Shown here: piece after piece, positions 38,371 to 48,326 of the stretch
Position numbering within the stretch: position 1 is the first letter of the stretch
Layout: each line of letters opens with the position of its first letter
NCBI GenBank assembly: GCA_015711855.1
Contig: JACVJF010000002.1
Location: forward strand, 508-64,507
Length of the DNA: 64,000 nt
Source: Candidatus Solincola quzhuomuensis
GTDB taxonomy: Bacteria; Actinomycetota; Geothermincolia; Geothermincolales; RBG-13-55-18
Reading direction: 5' to 3'
Translations under genes and position numbers: made by a program
The notes under the pieces: model-generated
The model's input: only the letters and a program-made list of their open reading frames with translations
The model's database searches: none
What the model was told of the DNA's origin: nothing

Positions 38371-39495
38371 ATGACCAAGAAAATTTACGAAACGGCGGGT
38401 ATCCTGGGCACCGGCCTTATCGGCGGGTCGCTGGGGATGGCCTTGCGTGGAGAGGGCTCGGTGGCGAAGGTGGTGGGGTATGACGCCGACCGGCACATGC
38501 TTAAAGAAGCCGTGCGCCGCGGCGCGATCGACGATGCGGCGACCGACCCGAGGGAGCTGGCCTCTTCATGCGAACTGGTCATCGTGGCCGTTCCGGTACG
38601 ATCGGCGCCCGGGGTCCTCGCCCGCATCGCCCGCCATCTGCGGCCCGGCACCACCGTGAGCGATGTTGGTTCGGTCAAGTCGGGCATAATGAGGGCAGCC
38701 GCGGAGGTTATCCCCCCGCAATGCCATTTTATCGGCGGCCATCCCCTGACGGGCTCAGAGCAGAGGGGGGTGGAATTTGCCGACCCAGGCCTCTTTCAAG
38801 GCGCATATTACGTGCTCACCCCCACCGAGGAATGCGATGCCGAGGCGTATTCCCGCCTTCATGCTTTAGTCGCTTCCTTGGGTGCCCGGGTGGTGGCTAT
38901 GGATCCCGCCATCCATGACCGGGCGGTTTCGGTGATAAGCCATCTTCCCCACGTCATGGCCATGGGTCTGATGAACCTGGCTCTGCGCAGGGCGGAGGAA
39001 TACCCCTTACTGCGACTGGTGGCCGGAGGTTTCCGGGACGTCACTCGCATCGCCGCTTCCGACCCCGCCCTATGGCTGGACATACTGGTGGAGAACAGGG
39101 AGGCGGTGAAGGATTCTCTGAGAGAGCTCATCGAGGACTTGGAATGCATATATGAGTTTTTGGATAACGGGGATGAGGTGGAGCTCTTGGCTTGGATGGA
39201 ACGGGCAAGCTCCGGTAGGAGAAACTTGGCACCGGCATTGCGGGAATCCCTTGCCGAACTCTACGTCCTTGCCCTACCGGTGACGGACAGGCCCGGCGTG
39301 ATCAGCGACGTGACCCTTACCGTGGGGGAGATGGGGATAAACATAGATGACCTGGAATTGGTCCACCCGATGGAGAGCGGGCAGGGCATCCTCCACCTCA
39401 CCATAACCGGTCAGGAGGCCTCACGGCGTGCCGCCGTGGCTTTGCGGGCCAAGGGGTATCGGGTCAGCGTGCGTAAGGCGCTGGGGGAGGATTAG
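38371..39495 (+). CDS. tyrA: Prephenate dehydrogenase with a C-terminal ACT domain.
   Basis: GILGTGLIGGSLGMAL (Rossmann fold), HFIGGHPLTGSE and SHLPHVMA. C-terminal ACT-like region LYVLALPVTDRPGVISDV. Confidence 0.85.
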   Translation: MTKKIYETAGILGTGLIGGSLGMALRGEGSVAKVVGYDADRHMLKEAVRRGAIDDAATDPRELASSCELVIVAVPVRSAPGVLARIARHLRPGTTVSDVGSVKSGIMRAAAEVIPPQCHFIGGHPLTGSEQRGVEFADPGLFQGAYYVLTPTEECDAEAYSRLHALVASLGARVVAMDPAIHDRAVSVISHLPHVMAMGLMNLALRRAEEYPLLRLVAGGFRDVTRIAASDPALWLDILVENREAVKDSLRELIEDLECIYEFLDNGDEVELLAWMERASSGRRNLAPALRESLAELYVLALPVTDRPGVISDVTLTVGEMGINIDDLELVHPMESGQGILHLTITGQEASRRAAVALRAKGYRVSVRKALGED

Positions 39496-39533
39496 AAGGC
39501 GACTAGAATCAAAGGAAGGAAAAGGACTCGGTT

Positions 39534-40817
39534 ATGGACATGGTTTTCGGTAGAGGACGGCCGCTCCGCGGCGAGGTAACCGTTCCGCCGGACAAGTCGA
39601 TTTCCCACCGTGCGGCCATATTGGGGTCCCTGGCCTGGGGGCGGACCACCGCCGCTCCCTTTCTACACGCGGGCGACTGCCTGAGTACGTTGGGATGCCT
39701 GAGAGTCCTGGGCGTGGAAGTTCACCTGGAAGGTGAAGAACTTATCGTGGAGGGACGGGGACCGGAGGGCTGGAAGGAACCTCGCTCCGATCTACAAGCC
39801 GGTAATTCCGCCACCACCATGCGCCTACTGGCCGGAGCGCTGGCCGGTCGCCCCTTCCGCGCCCGCATAGACGGCGATTCGTCTCTTCGGAGGCGTCCCA
39901 TGCGCCGGATCGTCGATCCCCTTCGGCGAATGGGAGCTCGCATAACGGCGGAGGGCGAGGACGAAAGGCCTCCGCTGGTCATCGAGGGCGGGTCGCTGCG
40001 GGGAATCGAGCACCGCATGGAAGTGGACAGTGCCCAGGTGAAGTCGGCGCTTCTTCTGGCCGGCTTGCAGGCGGAGGGAGAGACGCGCATCCTTGGTGGG
40101 CGCTCCTCGCGGGATCACACGGAAAGGATGCTCCTGCTCATGGGGGCCGATCTCACCTTTTCCGGCGACGGCGCCCTGGTTGTGAAGAAGTCGGACCTTC
40201 GAGGTTGCCGTATAGAAATTCCGGGGGACATGTCCTCCGCTTCATTCCTACTGGCCGCGGCGGCCGCCGTTCCCGGATCGCGGCTTTTCATTCGAGGCGT
40301 GGGATTGAACCCCACGCGTGCCGGTTTCCTTTCCGTCCTCAACTCCATGGGAGCGCTGGTCGTGGAATCGGGGTACCGGGAGACGAGTAATGAACCCCGA
40401 GGGGACCTGGAGGTGGCCGGCGCCTCGCTTACCGGCGTGGAGGTGGAGGCATGGCGAGTGCCGGCCCTTATCGACGAGATTCCCCTTTTGGCGGTCCTCG
40501 GGTGCCGGGCTAGGGGAGAGACGGTGGTGAGGGGGGCCCAAGAGCTCAGGTTCAAAGAGAGCGACCGCATCGCCGCCGTGTGTCTTGAACTGCGCAAGAT
40601 GGGCGCCGCCATCGAGGAATTGCCGGACGGGTTCCGGGTGGAGGGACCGGTCGCCCTTAGAGGTGCCCGTCTCGACTCCCACGGCGACCACCGTATCGCC
40701 ATGGCCCTGGCCGTGGCCGCCCTATTTGCCGAAGGGGAGACGGTGATCTCCGGGTGGGAATGCGTGAGCATCTCCTTCCCCGGCTTCGAGCGCCTCCTGC
40801 GGGACCTGACCCGCTGA
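39534..40817 (+). CDS. aroA: 3-phosphoshikimate 1-carboxyvinyltransferase (EPSP synthase).
   Basis: VPPDKSISHRAAILGSLA, GNSATTMRLLAG and the characteristic length (427 aa). Confidence 0.9.
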   Translation: MDMVFGRGRPLRGEVTVPPDKSISHRAAILGSLAWGRTTAAPFLHAGDCLSTLGCLRVLGVEVHLEGEELIVEGRGPEGWKEPRSDLQAGNSATTMRLLAGALAGRPFRARIDGDSSLRRRPMRRIVDPLRRMGARITAEGEDERPPLVIEGGSLRGIEHRMEVDSAQVKSALLLAGLQAEGETRILGGRSSRDHTERMLLLMGADLTFSGDGALVVKKSDLRGCRIEIPGDMSSASFLLAAAAAVPGSRLFIRGVGLNPTRAGFLSVLNSMGALVVESGYRETSNEPRGDLEVAGASLTGVEVEAWRVPALIDEIPLLAVLGCRARGETVVRGAQELRFKESDRIAAVCLELRKMGAAIEELPDGFRVEGPVALRGARLDSHGDHRIAMALAVAALFAEGETVISGWECVSISFPGFERLLRDLTR

Positions 40818-40924
40818 CGGTTACGCGGGACCTTCACGGCGGAAACCGGCATCGAATGGATGGATGGCCGGCGCAGCCGCCGTCATAAAATTAGAAGGGG
40901 GGTCTTCGTAGAAGGGGGGAAGAG

Positions 40925-41608
40925 TTGATCATAGCCATAGACGGTCCGGCCGGCGCGGGAAAGAGCACGGTGGCCCAGAAACTGGCGAAGCGGCTCAGCT
41001 ACCGTTACTTGGATACGGGGGCCATGTACCGGGCCTTGACCTTGAGGGCGTTGCGCGAACACGTGAGCTTGGACGACGCAGAAAGGCTGGCCGAACTGGC
41101 GCGGGGGATGACGGTGAGGATGGAATACCGGCCACGGGCACGCCCGCCCTTTCGTGTTCTCATGGACGGACAGGACGTGACCTCGGAGATCCGCTCCCGC
41201 GAGGTCTCCGCCCACGTTTCCCAGGTCTCCTCGCATCCCGGCGTCAGGAGGGAGATGGTAAGAAAACAGAGGGAGATGGCCGCGGGGGGAGATCTTGTGG
41301 CGGAGGGACGTGACGTGGGAACGGTGGTCTTTCCCCGGGCGGATCTCAAGTTCTACATCACCGCGGCGGTTGGGGAAAGGGCACGGCGGAGGCACCGGGA
41401 GATGCGCAAGGAGGGCTACCGCGTATCCCTGAAGACGGTGCAGCAGGAGATGGTAAAACGAGATCATATGGACACCACGCGGGAGGTTAACCCGCTGCGA
41501 CGCGCTCCCGACGCCGTGGTCATCGACACCACCAGGCTTTCCATCTCCCAGGTGGTCAACGAACTTCTGCGCATAGCCAGGGATAGAATGGAGCCCCGTA
41601 CTCTGTGA
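40925..41608 (+). CDS. cmk: (d)CMP kinase.
   Basis: IIAIDGPAGAGKSTVAQKLAKRL...YLDTGAMYRA. Confidence 0.9.
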   Translation: MIIAIDGPAGAGKSTVAQKLAKRLSYRYLDTGAMYRALTLRALREHVSLDDAERLAELARGMTVRMEYRPRARPPFRVLMDGQDVTSEIRSREVSAHVSQVSSHPGVRREMVRKQREMAAGGDLVAEGRDVGTVVFPRADLKFYITAAVGERARRRHREMRKEGYRVSLKTVQQEMVKRDHMDTTREVNPLRRAPDAVVIDTTRLSISQVVNELLRIARDRMEPRTL

Positions 41609-41761
41609 GGTAAGGTGTAAGAAGCGGTAAAGCCCTTGGGCACGGTATCCGGACCATCGGCGAATGTCTCCAGAAGCCGTCGTTTCTCGCGCATGAGCTC
41701 GTAAGCCGCGCGACGTATGTAATGCAGCGGGAATCTCGCGAGAAGAGGTTATCATGGGACC

Positions 41762-43132
41762 ATGAGACATATATCGTCATACGGCTCTCCGTTCCGGCGC
41801 GGGAGGTCAAGGACATGGCGGCCACCACTCGTGGTGGGGGTGCGGGAGGACAGCCCATGCCGGGAGGCGGTCCTGGCGGGAGACCGACTTCTCAAGCTGA
41901 ACGGCATGAGGCCGCGGGACATCCTGGATTGCCTGAGGTGGGGAGACGAAGCCGAGGTGAAGATGGAGCTCCTGAGAGACGGGGATGTCGTCTCCCTCAA
42001 GGTACGCAAGGAAGAGGGGGTGCCCCTGGGACTGATCTTCGATGAACCGGTTTTCGACGGGGTTATGACCTGCCGGAACCGTTGCGGTTTCTGTTTCGTG
42101 GACCAAATCCCTCCTGGACTGCGACCCTCCCTTTACGTCAAGGACGACGATTATCGTTTGTCCTTCTACTACGGCAATTTCATAACCCTGAACAACCTGA
42201 GCCGGGAGGATGTCCGGAGGATAGAGAGACTGCGGCTGTCCCCTCTTTACGTATCCTTGCATTCCACGGACCCCGCCCTCCGCTCGTACATGATGGGCGG
42301 AGAAGGAAGGAAAGGCCTGGAGGTACTCCGCCGCTTCCTGGACCGGGGATTGGAGATACATCTCCAGATAGTGTGCTGTTCGGGGATAAACGACGGCGAG
42401 GCTCTGCGCCGGACCTTCCAACAAGTCCTGGCGTATTATCCGGCTGCTTCTCTGGGGGTGGTGCCGGTGGGCGTCACCCGTCTGGCCGACCCTCGATCTC
42501 CCTTTCTTCAGCCGCATGACCGGAGGTCCGCCTCTCGGGTTTTAGAGATGGTGGAGGAATTCCAGAAAAGGGCCTTGGAGGTGTTGGGAAGGAGGCTGTT
42601 TTTCGCCTCCGACGAGTTTTACCTATTGGCGGAAAGGGAATTCCCACCCGCTGCCGATTATGAAGGATACCCTCAACTTGAGAACGGGGTGGGCATGTGC
42701 AGGAAATTTCTGGAGGAGTTCGAGGAATGCAGCAGGGGAAGAGGACCGCGCGCGACGAGGGGCAGGGGCATCATCACGGGCGTAGCCGGAGAGGCGGTGA
42801 TCCGACGCATCTTTCCCGAGTCCGAGAAGGGACCCCAAGTGGTGACGGCGGAGAACGAGATTTTCGGAGGGTCGGTCACCGTCACCTCGCTACTCGGTGG
42901 ACGGGATATCATCAGCGCCTTGCGCGAGAGAGCGCCTTCCTGTCGGGAACTGCTCATACCGGATACCCTCCTGAAAGAGGGACGCTTCTTGGACGACTCT
43001 ACCTTGCAGGAAGTGGAGGAGGGAAGTGGCTATCGACTCCTGCCCGTGCCCGTGAACGGTGCCGCCTTGCTCTCGGAACTTGGGGGAGGCGCTTCGTCAG
43101 AGTATTTCGACCCTTACGGAAAGGACGAATAA
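41762..43132 (+). CDS. DUF512-like protein: an N-terminal PDZ-like segment plus a radical-SAM-like CxxxCxFC domain.
   Basis: GDRLLKLNGMRPRD (PDZ-like); CRNRCGFCF, YYGNFITLNNL and LSPLYVSLHSTDP are typical of DUF512 proteins found between cmk and der in Clostridia. Start uncertain. Confidence 0.55.
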   Translation: MRHISSYGSPFRRGRSRTWRPPLVVGVREDSPCREAVLAGDRLLKLNGMRPRDILDCLRWGDEAEVKMELLRDGDVVSLKVRKEEGVPLGLIFDEPVFDGVMTCRNRCGFCFVDQIPPGLRPSLYVKDDDYRLSFYYGNFITLNNLSREDVRRIERLRLSPLYVSLHSTDPALRSYMMGGEGRKGLEVLRRFLDRGLEIHLQIVCCSGINDGEALRRTFQQVLAYYPAASLGVVPVGVTRLADPRSPFLQPHDRRSASRVLEMVEEFQKRALEVLGRRLFFASDEFYLLAEREFPPAADYEGYPQLENGVGMCRKFLEEFEECSRGRGPRATRGRGIITGVAGEAVIRRIFPESEKGPQVVTAENEIFGGSVTVTSLLGGRDIISALRERAPSCRELLIPDTLLKEGRFLDDSTLQEVEEGSGYRLLPVPVNGAALLSELGGGASSEYFDPYGKDE

Positions 43133-43255
43133 TGGGGACGCTTGGTTTATGATAGAGGGCGCCCTTACGAGGGGTTTTCGGTAGGTCATCCGGAAAGGTG
43201 ATACCGGCAAACCTTGCCGGGGATTTTAGAAGTCGTTTGAGGGGAGTACGAGGTC

Positions 43256-44620
43256 GTGAACACTACGGGACGGAAGGTGGAGGCACATCTCCCCATGGTG
43301 GCCGTGGTTGGGCGGCCCAATGTGGGCAAGTCCACCCTGGTCAACCGCATAGTGGCCAGGAGCGAGGCCATCGTGGAAAAGGAACCGGGAGTGACCCGCG
43401 ACCGTAACTATTTCATGGCTTCCTGGCGAGGAAGGGATTTCCTGGTGGTGGACACCGGAGGCTTGGATCCCGATTCCGGAGAGGAGCTTGTACGGGCCAT
43501 CGGCAGGCAAGCGTTGGCCGCGGTGCAGGAGGCTGACCTGGTGGTCATGATGGTGGATGCCAGGGAGGGCGTCACCGCTGCGGACCTGGAGATCGCGCAG
43601 GTCTTGCGCAAGACGGGCAAGCCACTGCTTCTGGTGGCCAACAAGGTGGACAACAAGCGCCTGGAGGAAGGGGTCGTGGAGTGGTATTCCCTGGGGATGG
43701 GTGACCCCTGGCCGGTATCGGCCATGCACGGTCGCAATATCGGAGACCTTCTGGATGCGGTGGTGGAAATGCTGCCCGAACCCGAAGGAGCGGAGGTCGT
43801 AGATATTCCGGAAACGGTGGTGGCAGTGGTGGGACGCCCCAACGTGGGCAAGTCCACCTTGTTCAACGCGCTGATCCGGGAGGAGAGGTCCATAACCAGC
43901 GAGGTCCCGGGCACGACGCGCGATGCGGTGGACACTCTACTGGAGATGGACGGCAAGAGGTACCGCTTCATCGATACCGCCGGGTGGAGAAGGCGCACGC
44001 GGATCAAGGAGGGAGTGGAATATTACAGCCTGGTGAGGGTATGGCGGGCCATAGACCGGGCCCAGGTAGTGCTTCTGGTGGTGGACGCGACGATGGGGGT
44101 GACCGACCAGGACCAAAGGATCGCCGCAAGGATAAAGGAGGATGGACGAGCGTGCGTGGTGGTCCTGAACAAGTGGGATCTGGTCAGGGGAACTGGTCGG
44201 GGAGAGGAGATCCTTATGGACGCCAGGGAAAAGCTGCGTTTCGTGAACTATGCGAGGTTTTTAAGAGTCAGCGCTCTGACCGGTGCCGGCCTCCTTAAGC
44301 TTTTCCCCGCCATCGACGACGCGCGGATAAACTGGTCTTCCCGCGTCCAGACATCCCATCTGAACGATCTGCTACACCGCATCCTCTCCCAATCACCGCC
44401 GCCCACGAGGAAGGGAAAACGCCTGCAGTTCTATTACGTGACCCAGGCCAGGACGTCTCCCCCTCAGTTCGTCTTCTTCGTCAACCACCCCGACCTGGCG
44501 GATGCCTCCTACGAACGCTATCTGGAACACAAGCTGAGGGAAACCTTTCCCCTGGAGGGGACACCTATTCGGATCATTCTAAGGCCCCGCCGTGCGCAGC
44601 GGGATTCCGGCCGTACCTGA
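43256..44620 (+). CDS. der: Ribosome-associated GTPase Der (EngA), double GTPase.
   Basis: Two G domains (VAVVGRPNVGKSTLVNR and VAVVGRPNVGKSTLFNA) plus a KH-like C-terminus. Alternative start at ATG 43295. Confidence 0.9.
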   Translation: MNTTGRKVEAHLPMVAVVGRPNVGKSTLVNRIVARSEAIVEKEPGVTRDRNYFMASWRGRDFLVVDTGGLDPDSGEELVRAIGRQALAAVQEADLVVMMVDAREGVTAADLEIAQVLRKTGKPLLLVANKVDNKRLEEGVVEWYSLGMGDPWPVSAMHGRNIGDLLDAVVEMLPEPEGAEVVDIPETVVAVVGRPNVGKSTLFNALIREERSITSEVPGTTRDAVDTLLEMDGKRYRFIDTAGWRRRTRIKEGVEYYSLVRVWRAIDRAQVVLLVVDATMGVTDQDQRIAARIKEDGRACVVVLNKWDLVRGTGRGEEILMDAREKLRFVNYARFLRVSALTGAGLLKLFPAIDDARINWSSRVQTSHLNDLLHRILSQSPPPTRKGKRLQFYYVTQARTSPPQFVFFVNHPDLADASYERYLEHKLRETFPLEGTPIRIILRPRRAQRDSGRT

Positions 44621-44839
44621 CCCCGGTGCAGTGGTTGCAAGGTCAGCCCTACGAGAGGAATGGCCCGGAACGCGACCGGGGGATAACCGAGACGGGGGCT
44701 TTCTTCCATCCATGGTGGTGAGCCGGCAGCGGAGGGCGGGCAATACGAAGAAACAACTTATCCGTGCATGTGTTATATTTTTCGTTAATTACTTTCTATG
44801 GTTTCGGGCAGTGGATTTTAGGATTTCCGCCCCTGGGAT

Positions 44840-45496
44840 ATGCCGAGTATCGGGGAGAGGATGGCCTGGAAAGCGGTCCTTTGGGTAGTCGCCAGTTACC
44901 TGCTGGGTTCCATCCCCTTCGGGTTGGTGGTCTCCGGGGTGATTTTTAAAAAGGACATAAGGACCCTGGGTTCCGGGAACATCGGGGCCACCAACGTGTT
45001 GCGCAACTTCGGCGTCCAGCCCTTCATCGCCGTGACCATGCTGGATATGGGAAAGGGCGTGGCCGCCGTGGTCGTGGGCCGGGCACTGGGGCTCGGCCCG
45101 GGCCTCTCTCTCCTGGCCGGCCTTTTCTCCATCGTGGGACACAACTGGAGCATCTATCTGCGTTTCCAGGGCGGGAAAGGCATTGCCACCAGCGGAGGGG
45201 TGATCATAGCCGCCTATCCCTGGCAAGTGATCGTGGTGGTCATCGGCACTTTCCTGCTCGCGGTTCTGGTCAGCCGGATAATGTCGGTGGGTTCTCTGAC
45301 CTCTGCCTTGGCCTTTCCCCTCTCCACCCTGATCTTCCTGCGCCACGACCTTTCCGGATATTGGCCGCACCTTTGCGTGTCCGTACTGGCCAGCCTGTTC
45401 GCTTTTTACCGACATAGGGCCAATATCCGGCGCCTCCTGGCGGGGGAAGAGCCGCGCATAAGGCTGAAGAGAGGGACCGGGGGGGCAAGATCATGA
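44840..45496 (+). CDS. plsY: Glycerol-3-phosphate acyltransferase PlsY.
   Basis: SYLLGSIPFGLVV, GSGNIGATNVLR and HNWSIYLRFQGGKG. Multi-TM. Confidence 0.9.
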   Translation: MPSIGERMAWKAVLWVVASYLLGSIPFGLVVSGVIFKKDIRTLGSGNIGATNVLRNFGVQPFIAVTMLDMGKGVAAVVVGRALGLGPGLSLLAGLFSIVGHNWSIYLRFQGGKGIATSGGVIIAAYPWQVIVVVIGTFLLAVLVSRIMSVGSLTSALAFPLSTLIFLRHDLSGYWPHLCVSVLASLFAFYRHRANIRRLLAGEEPRIRLKRGTGGARS

Positions 45497-46533
45497 GGAT
45501 TGGGGTTGTGGGGGCGGGAAGCTGGGGAACGGCCATGGCCGCCCACCTGGCAAGGCTGGGCAACGAAGTGGTCCTTTGGGCCCGCGAACCGGAAGTCTGC
45601 TGGGGGATAAATTCCCAAGGGCGGAACCCTCTTTTTCTAAGCGATGTCGATCTGCCACGGGAATTGCGCGCCGAGACCCGCTTGGATAGGATGCTTCCGG
45701 AATGCGAACTGGTGGTGATGGCCGTTCCCTCTCGTTGGACCCGAGAGATTGCCCGAGAGGCGGGCAAGCATATATCCCGCGACGTCGCGATTCTCAACCT
45801 GGCTAAGGGTTTCGATTACCATACCGGTTGCCGTCTGTCGGTGGCCATCGGGGAAGAGCTGGGAAGGGATTCGGGGGAGAGCATAGCCGTGCTTTCGGGA
45901 CCGAACCATGCCGAGGAGGTCATAAGGAGAATCCCCAGTGCCACCGTGATCGCCGCCTGCCAAGAGGAGTTGGCCGCAAGCCTCCAGGAACTCCTAAGCT
46001 CCGAATATTTCCGGGTCTATACCAATCCAGACGTAATCGGGGTGGAAGTGGGCGGGGCCTACAAGAACGTGATCGCCATAGCTGCGGGGGTTCTGGATGG
46101 GCTGGGATTGGGAGACAACACCAAGGCCACCCTCATCACCCGCGGCTTGGCGGAAATGGTCCGCTTTGGAGCGGCCTTGGGAGCCAACCCCCTGACCTTT
46201 TCCGGGCTTTCGGGGATAGGGGATCTGATAGTTACCTGCATCAGCCGTCATTCGCGGAACAGGGGTTTCGGGGAAAAGCTGGGAAGAGGGGGCCGAACGG
46301 AGGAAATATTGGGGGAGAGCCCCATGGTGGTGGAGGGGGTGTACACGACCCGGCTGGTCACGAAGTTGGCCCGGGAATTGGGCGTGGAAGTACCCATCGC
46401 CGAGGGAGTGCAGGCGGTGATGGAGGGGAGGAGCGGACCGGCGGATGTCCTGCACGAGCTCATGACCCGCCGCCTTAAGGGGGAGACGGAGGAACACCTT
46501 TACCGGGACTTCCTCCTGGGAGAAGGGAGATGA
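45493..46533 (+). CDS. gpsA: NAD(P)H-dependent glycerol-3-phosphate dehydrogenase.
   Basis: MRIGVVGAGSWGTAMA, GPNHAEEV and GGAYKNVIAIAAG. ATGA overlap with plsY. Confidence 0.9.
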   Translation: MRIGVVGAGSWGTAMAAHLARLGNEVVLWAREPEVCWGINSQGRNPLFLSDVDLPRELRAETRLDRMLPECELVVMAVPSRWTREIAREAGKHISRDVAILNLAKGFDYHTGCRLSVAIGEELGRDSGESIAVLSGPNHAEEVIRRIPSATVIAACQEELAASLQELLSSEYFRVYTNPDVIGVEVGGAYKNVIAIAAGVLDGLGLGDNTKATLITRGLAEMVRFGAALGANPLTFSGLSGIGDLIVTCISRHSRNRGFGEKLGRGGRTEEILGESPMVVEGVYTTRLVTKLARELGVEVPIAEGVQAVMEGRSGPADVLHELMTRRLKGETEEHLYRDFLLGEGR

Positions 46534-46932
46534 CGGACGGCTTCCGAGACCGGGCTCGATAAGACCTCTGTTTATACCTCTGAGGACAAACGCATCTTCT
46601 GAGAGGAGCCGAGCCGGGATCGTACACCCTTCAATTCCGTGGACATCACGGAAAGCCACCCACGCTGACCACGTTTACGAGCTCGGCAACATGCCAAACT
46701 CTCCCGGATATTGCCTTGCCGTCGCGCAGGGATCTTGGAATCTCCGACGACGGCACCTGAGGAATATCCCCCGCTTCCCTTTCTCGGGCCTCCTTGGCGA
46801 ACGCTTTGGGTTCTTGTGCCAAGATAAGCCCTTCTTCTGATCCCCAAGGAAAATCATCAAGGAGCGTTTCGAAGGGGGGATTATGTCATTGCTTCCGGAT
46901 AACATCGGAGATGCGAACGAGAAGGAGGGAAA

Positions 46933-47637
46933 TTGCGGCGTCTTCTTTATGTCCTCGTTCTTTTGGCCGCCTTGCTGCTGGGAGCGGAGGTCGCCCTCAC
47001 CTTTCTGAGCCAGTGGGGCATGGGGAGGGCGCTATCCGCCCAGTACGGCCTTCCCCAGGACACGGAAGTGAGGATAAACTCGTTTCCCTTTCTGGTCAGC
47101 GTGATGCGCAACCACCTGGGAGAAGTCCGGTTCTATTGGAACGGAATATTGATCTTCAGAAAAGGTTTTGACGAAAAGCATATGGCCTATGAAGGAGAGG
47201 CTATCCTTCGCGATGTGGGATTGAGCATGTCCGCCGTGATCAGGGGAAAACTGGAGATCGAGTCCATTTCCAGTGCAAAGATAACCGTTTCGTTGAATAT
47301 GGAGGACATAGCGGCTTTTTTAGACGAAGGAGGTCGGGAAACCGGGAGTGACGACGTAACGGTGGCGAGGGAGGCCGATGCGGGTGAGGATAACTATCAA
47401 GTCAAGGTATTGGATGAAAACCATATATGCCTTTATCCATCAAAACCTTCAACTTTGAATCTTGATGAGAAGCCAAGTGATGAAGCAAAGGATGAGGGTT
47501 CGGGTATATGTTTGGAGATATCGGGCTTACCTTTGGACGGTTTTCTGAAAACCGCCAGCTTGGATGGCAAGAAGCTCATACTGCAGTTAGGTGTCCCCCT
47601 CTGGTTTGGATACTTGGATTCCTCGATATCTAATTGA
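46933..47637 (+). CDS. Hypothetical membrane-anchored/secreted protein (234 aa). Its 3' third is compositionally atypical (AT-rich).
   Basis: N-terminal hydrophobic anchor RRLLYVLVLLAALLLGAEVALTF. No clear motif. GC drops sharply after about 47380. Confidence 0.4.
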   Translation: MRRLLYVLVLLAALLLGAEVALTFLSQWGMGRALSAQYGLPQDTEVRINSFPFLVSVMRNHLGEVRFYWNGILIFRKGFDEKHMAYEGEAILRDVGLSMSAVIRGKLEIESISSAKITVSLNMEDIAAFLDEGGRETGSDDVTVAREADAGEDNYQVKVLDENHICLYPSKPSTLNLDEKPSDEAKDEGSGICLEISGLPLDGFLKTASLDGKKLILQLGVPLWFGYLDSSISN

Positions 47638-47738
47638 GAGATAAAAAATGAACTAAAGGTTTACATTAAGCGAAAATGTTTGGTATGACCTTGAGGTAAA
47701 TAGTTAGAAAATGATGGAAGAATTTTCCCCAAAAATGC

Positions 47739-47800
47739 TTGACAGCTCAATATTTTGTATTTTAACTTTTTTATTAACCACAATATATATGATTTTACCC
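47739..47800 (+). promoter_or_regulatory. Putative nrdR-nrdD promoter region: TTGACA -35, a 17-nt spacer, a weak TTAACT -10, and an AT-rich near-palindrome ACCACAATATATATGAT resembling an NrdR box.
   Basis: TTGACA at 47739-47744. The palindromic ACAATATATATG lies about 30 nt upstream of the nrdR ATG. The surrounding 180 nt are strongly AT-rich relative to the genome. Confidence 0.3.
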
Positions 47801-47819
47801 TTGGGGGAGGGGATGCGAC

Positions 47820-48305
47820 ATGAGATGCCCCTTTTGCGGATACCAGGACAGCAAGGTGATAGATTCCCGAGAAGCGGACGGCGGGAATTCCATAAGAAGG
47901 AGAAGGGAATGCAAGAAGTGCGGAAAGCGGTTCACAACCTTTGAGAGATATGAACAATATCCGCTGACGGTGATAAAGAGGAGCGGAGACAAGGAACCCT
48001 ATAAGAGGGAGAAAGTATTGATAGGCCTGCGCAAGGCCTTCGAGAAAAGGCCGGTGACCAGTCAGCAGATAGAGGATCTGGCCACATCTATAGAGGCGGA
48101 ACTTAGGGAGGAGGGAAAGAGGGAGGTTCCCTCCAGCGCCATAGGGATGGCCGTGCTGCGCAGGCTGAAGGAGATGGACGAGGTGGCCTATCTGAGGTTC
48201 GCTTCCGTTTATAAGGAGTTCAAGGACCTTAGCGAGTTCCAGATCGAGCTCGGACAGCTTCTGGAAAAGAAAGTGGAAAAGGACAGGAAGGGGAACCGGG
48301 AGTAG
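47820..48305 (+). CDS. nrdR: Transcriptional repressor NrdR.
   Basis: MRCPFCGYQDSKVIDSR...ECKKCGKRFTTFE (Zn ribbon) followed by an ATP-cone. Confidence 0.9.
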   Translation: MRCPFCGYQDSKVIDSREADGGNSIRRRRECKKCGKRFTTFERYEQYPLTVIKRSGDKEPYKREKVLIGLRKAFEKRPVTSQQIEDLATSIEAELREEGKREVPSSAIGMAVLRRLKEMDEVAYLRFASVYKEFKDLSEFQIELGQLLEKKVEKDRKGNRE

Positions 48306-48326
48306 GTTGGAGAGGGGGTAAGGGAA

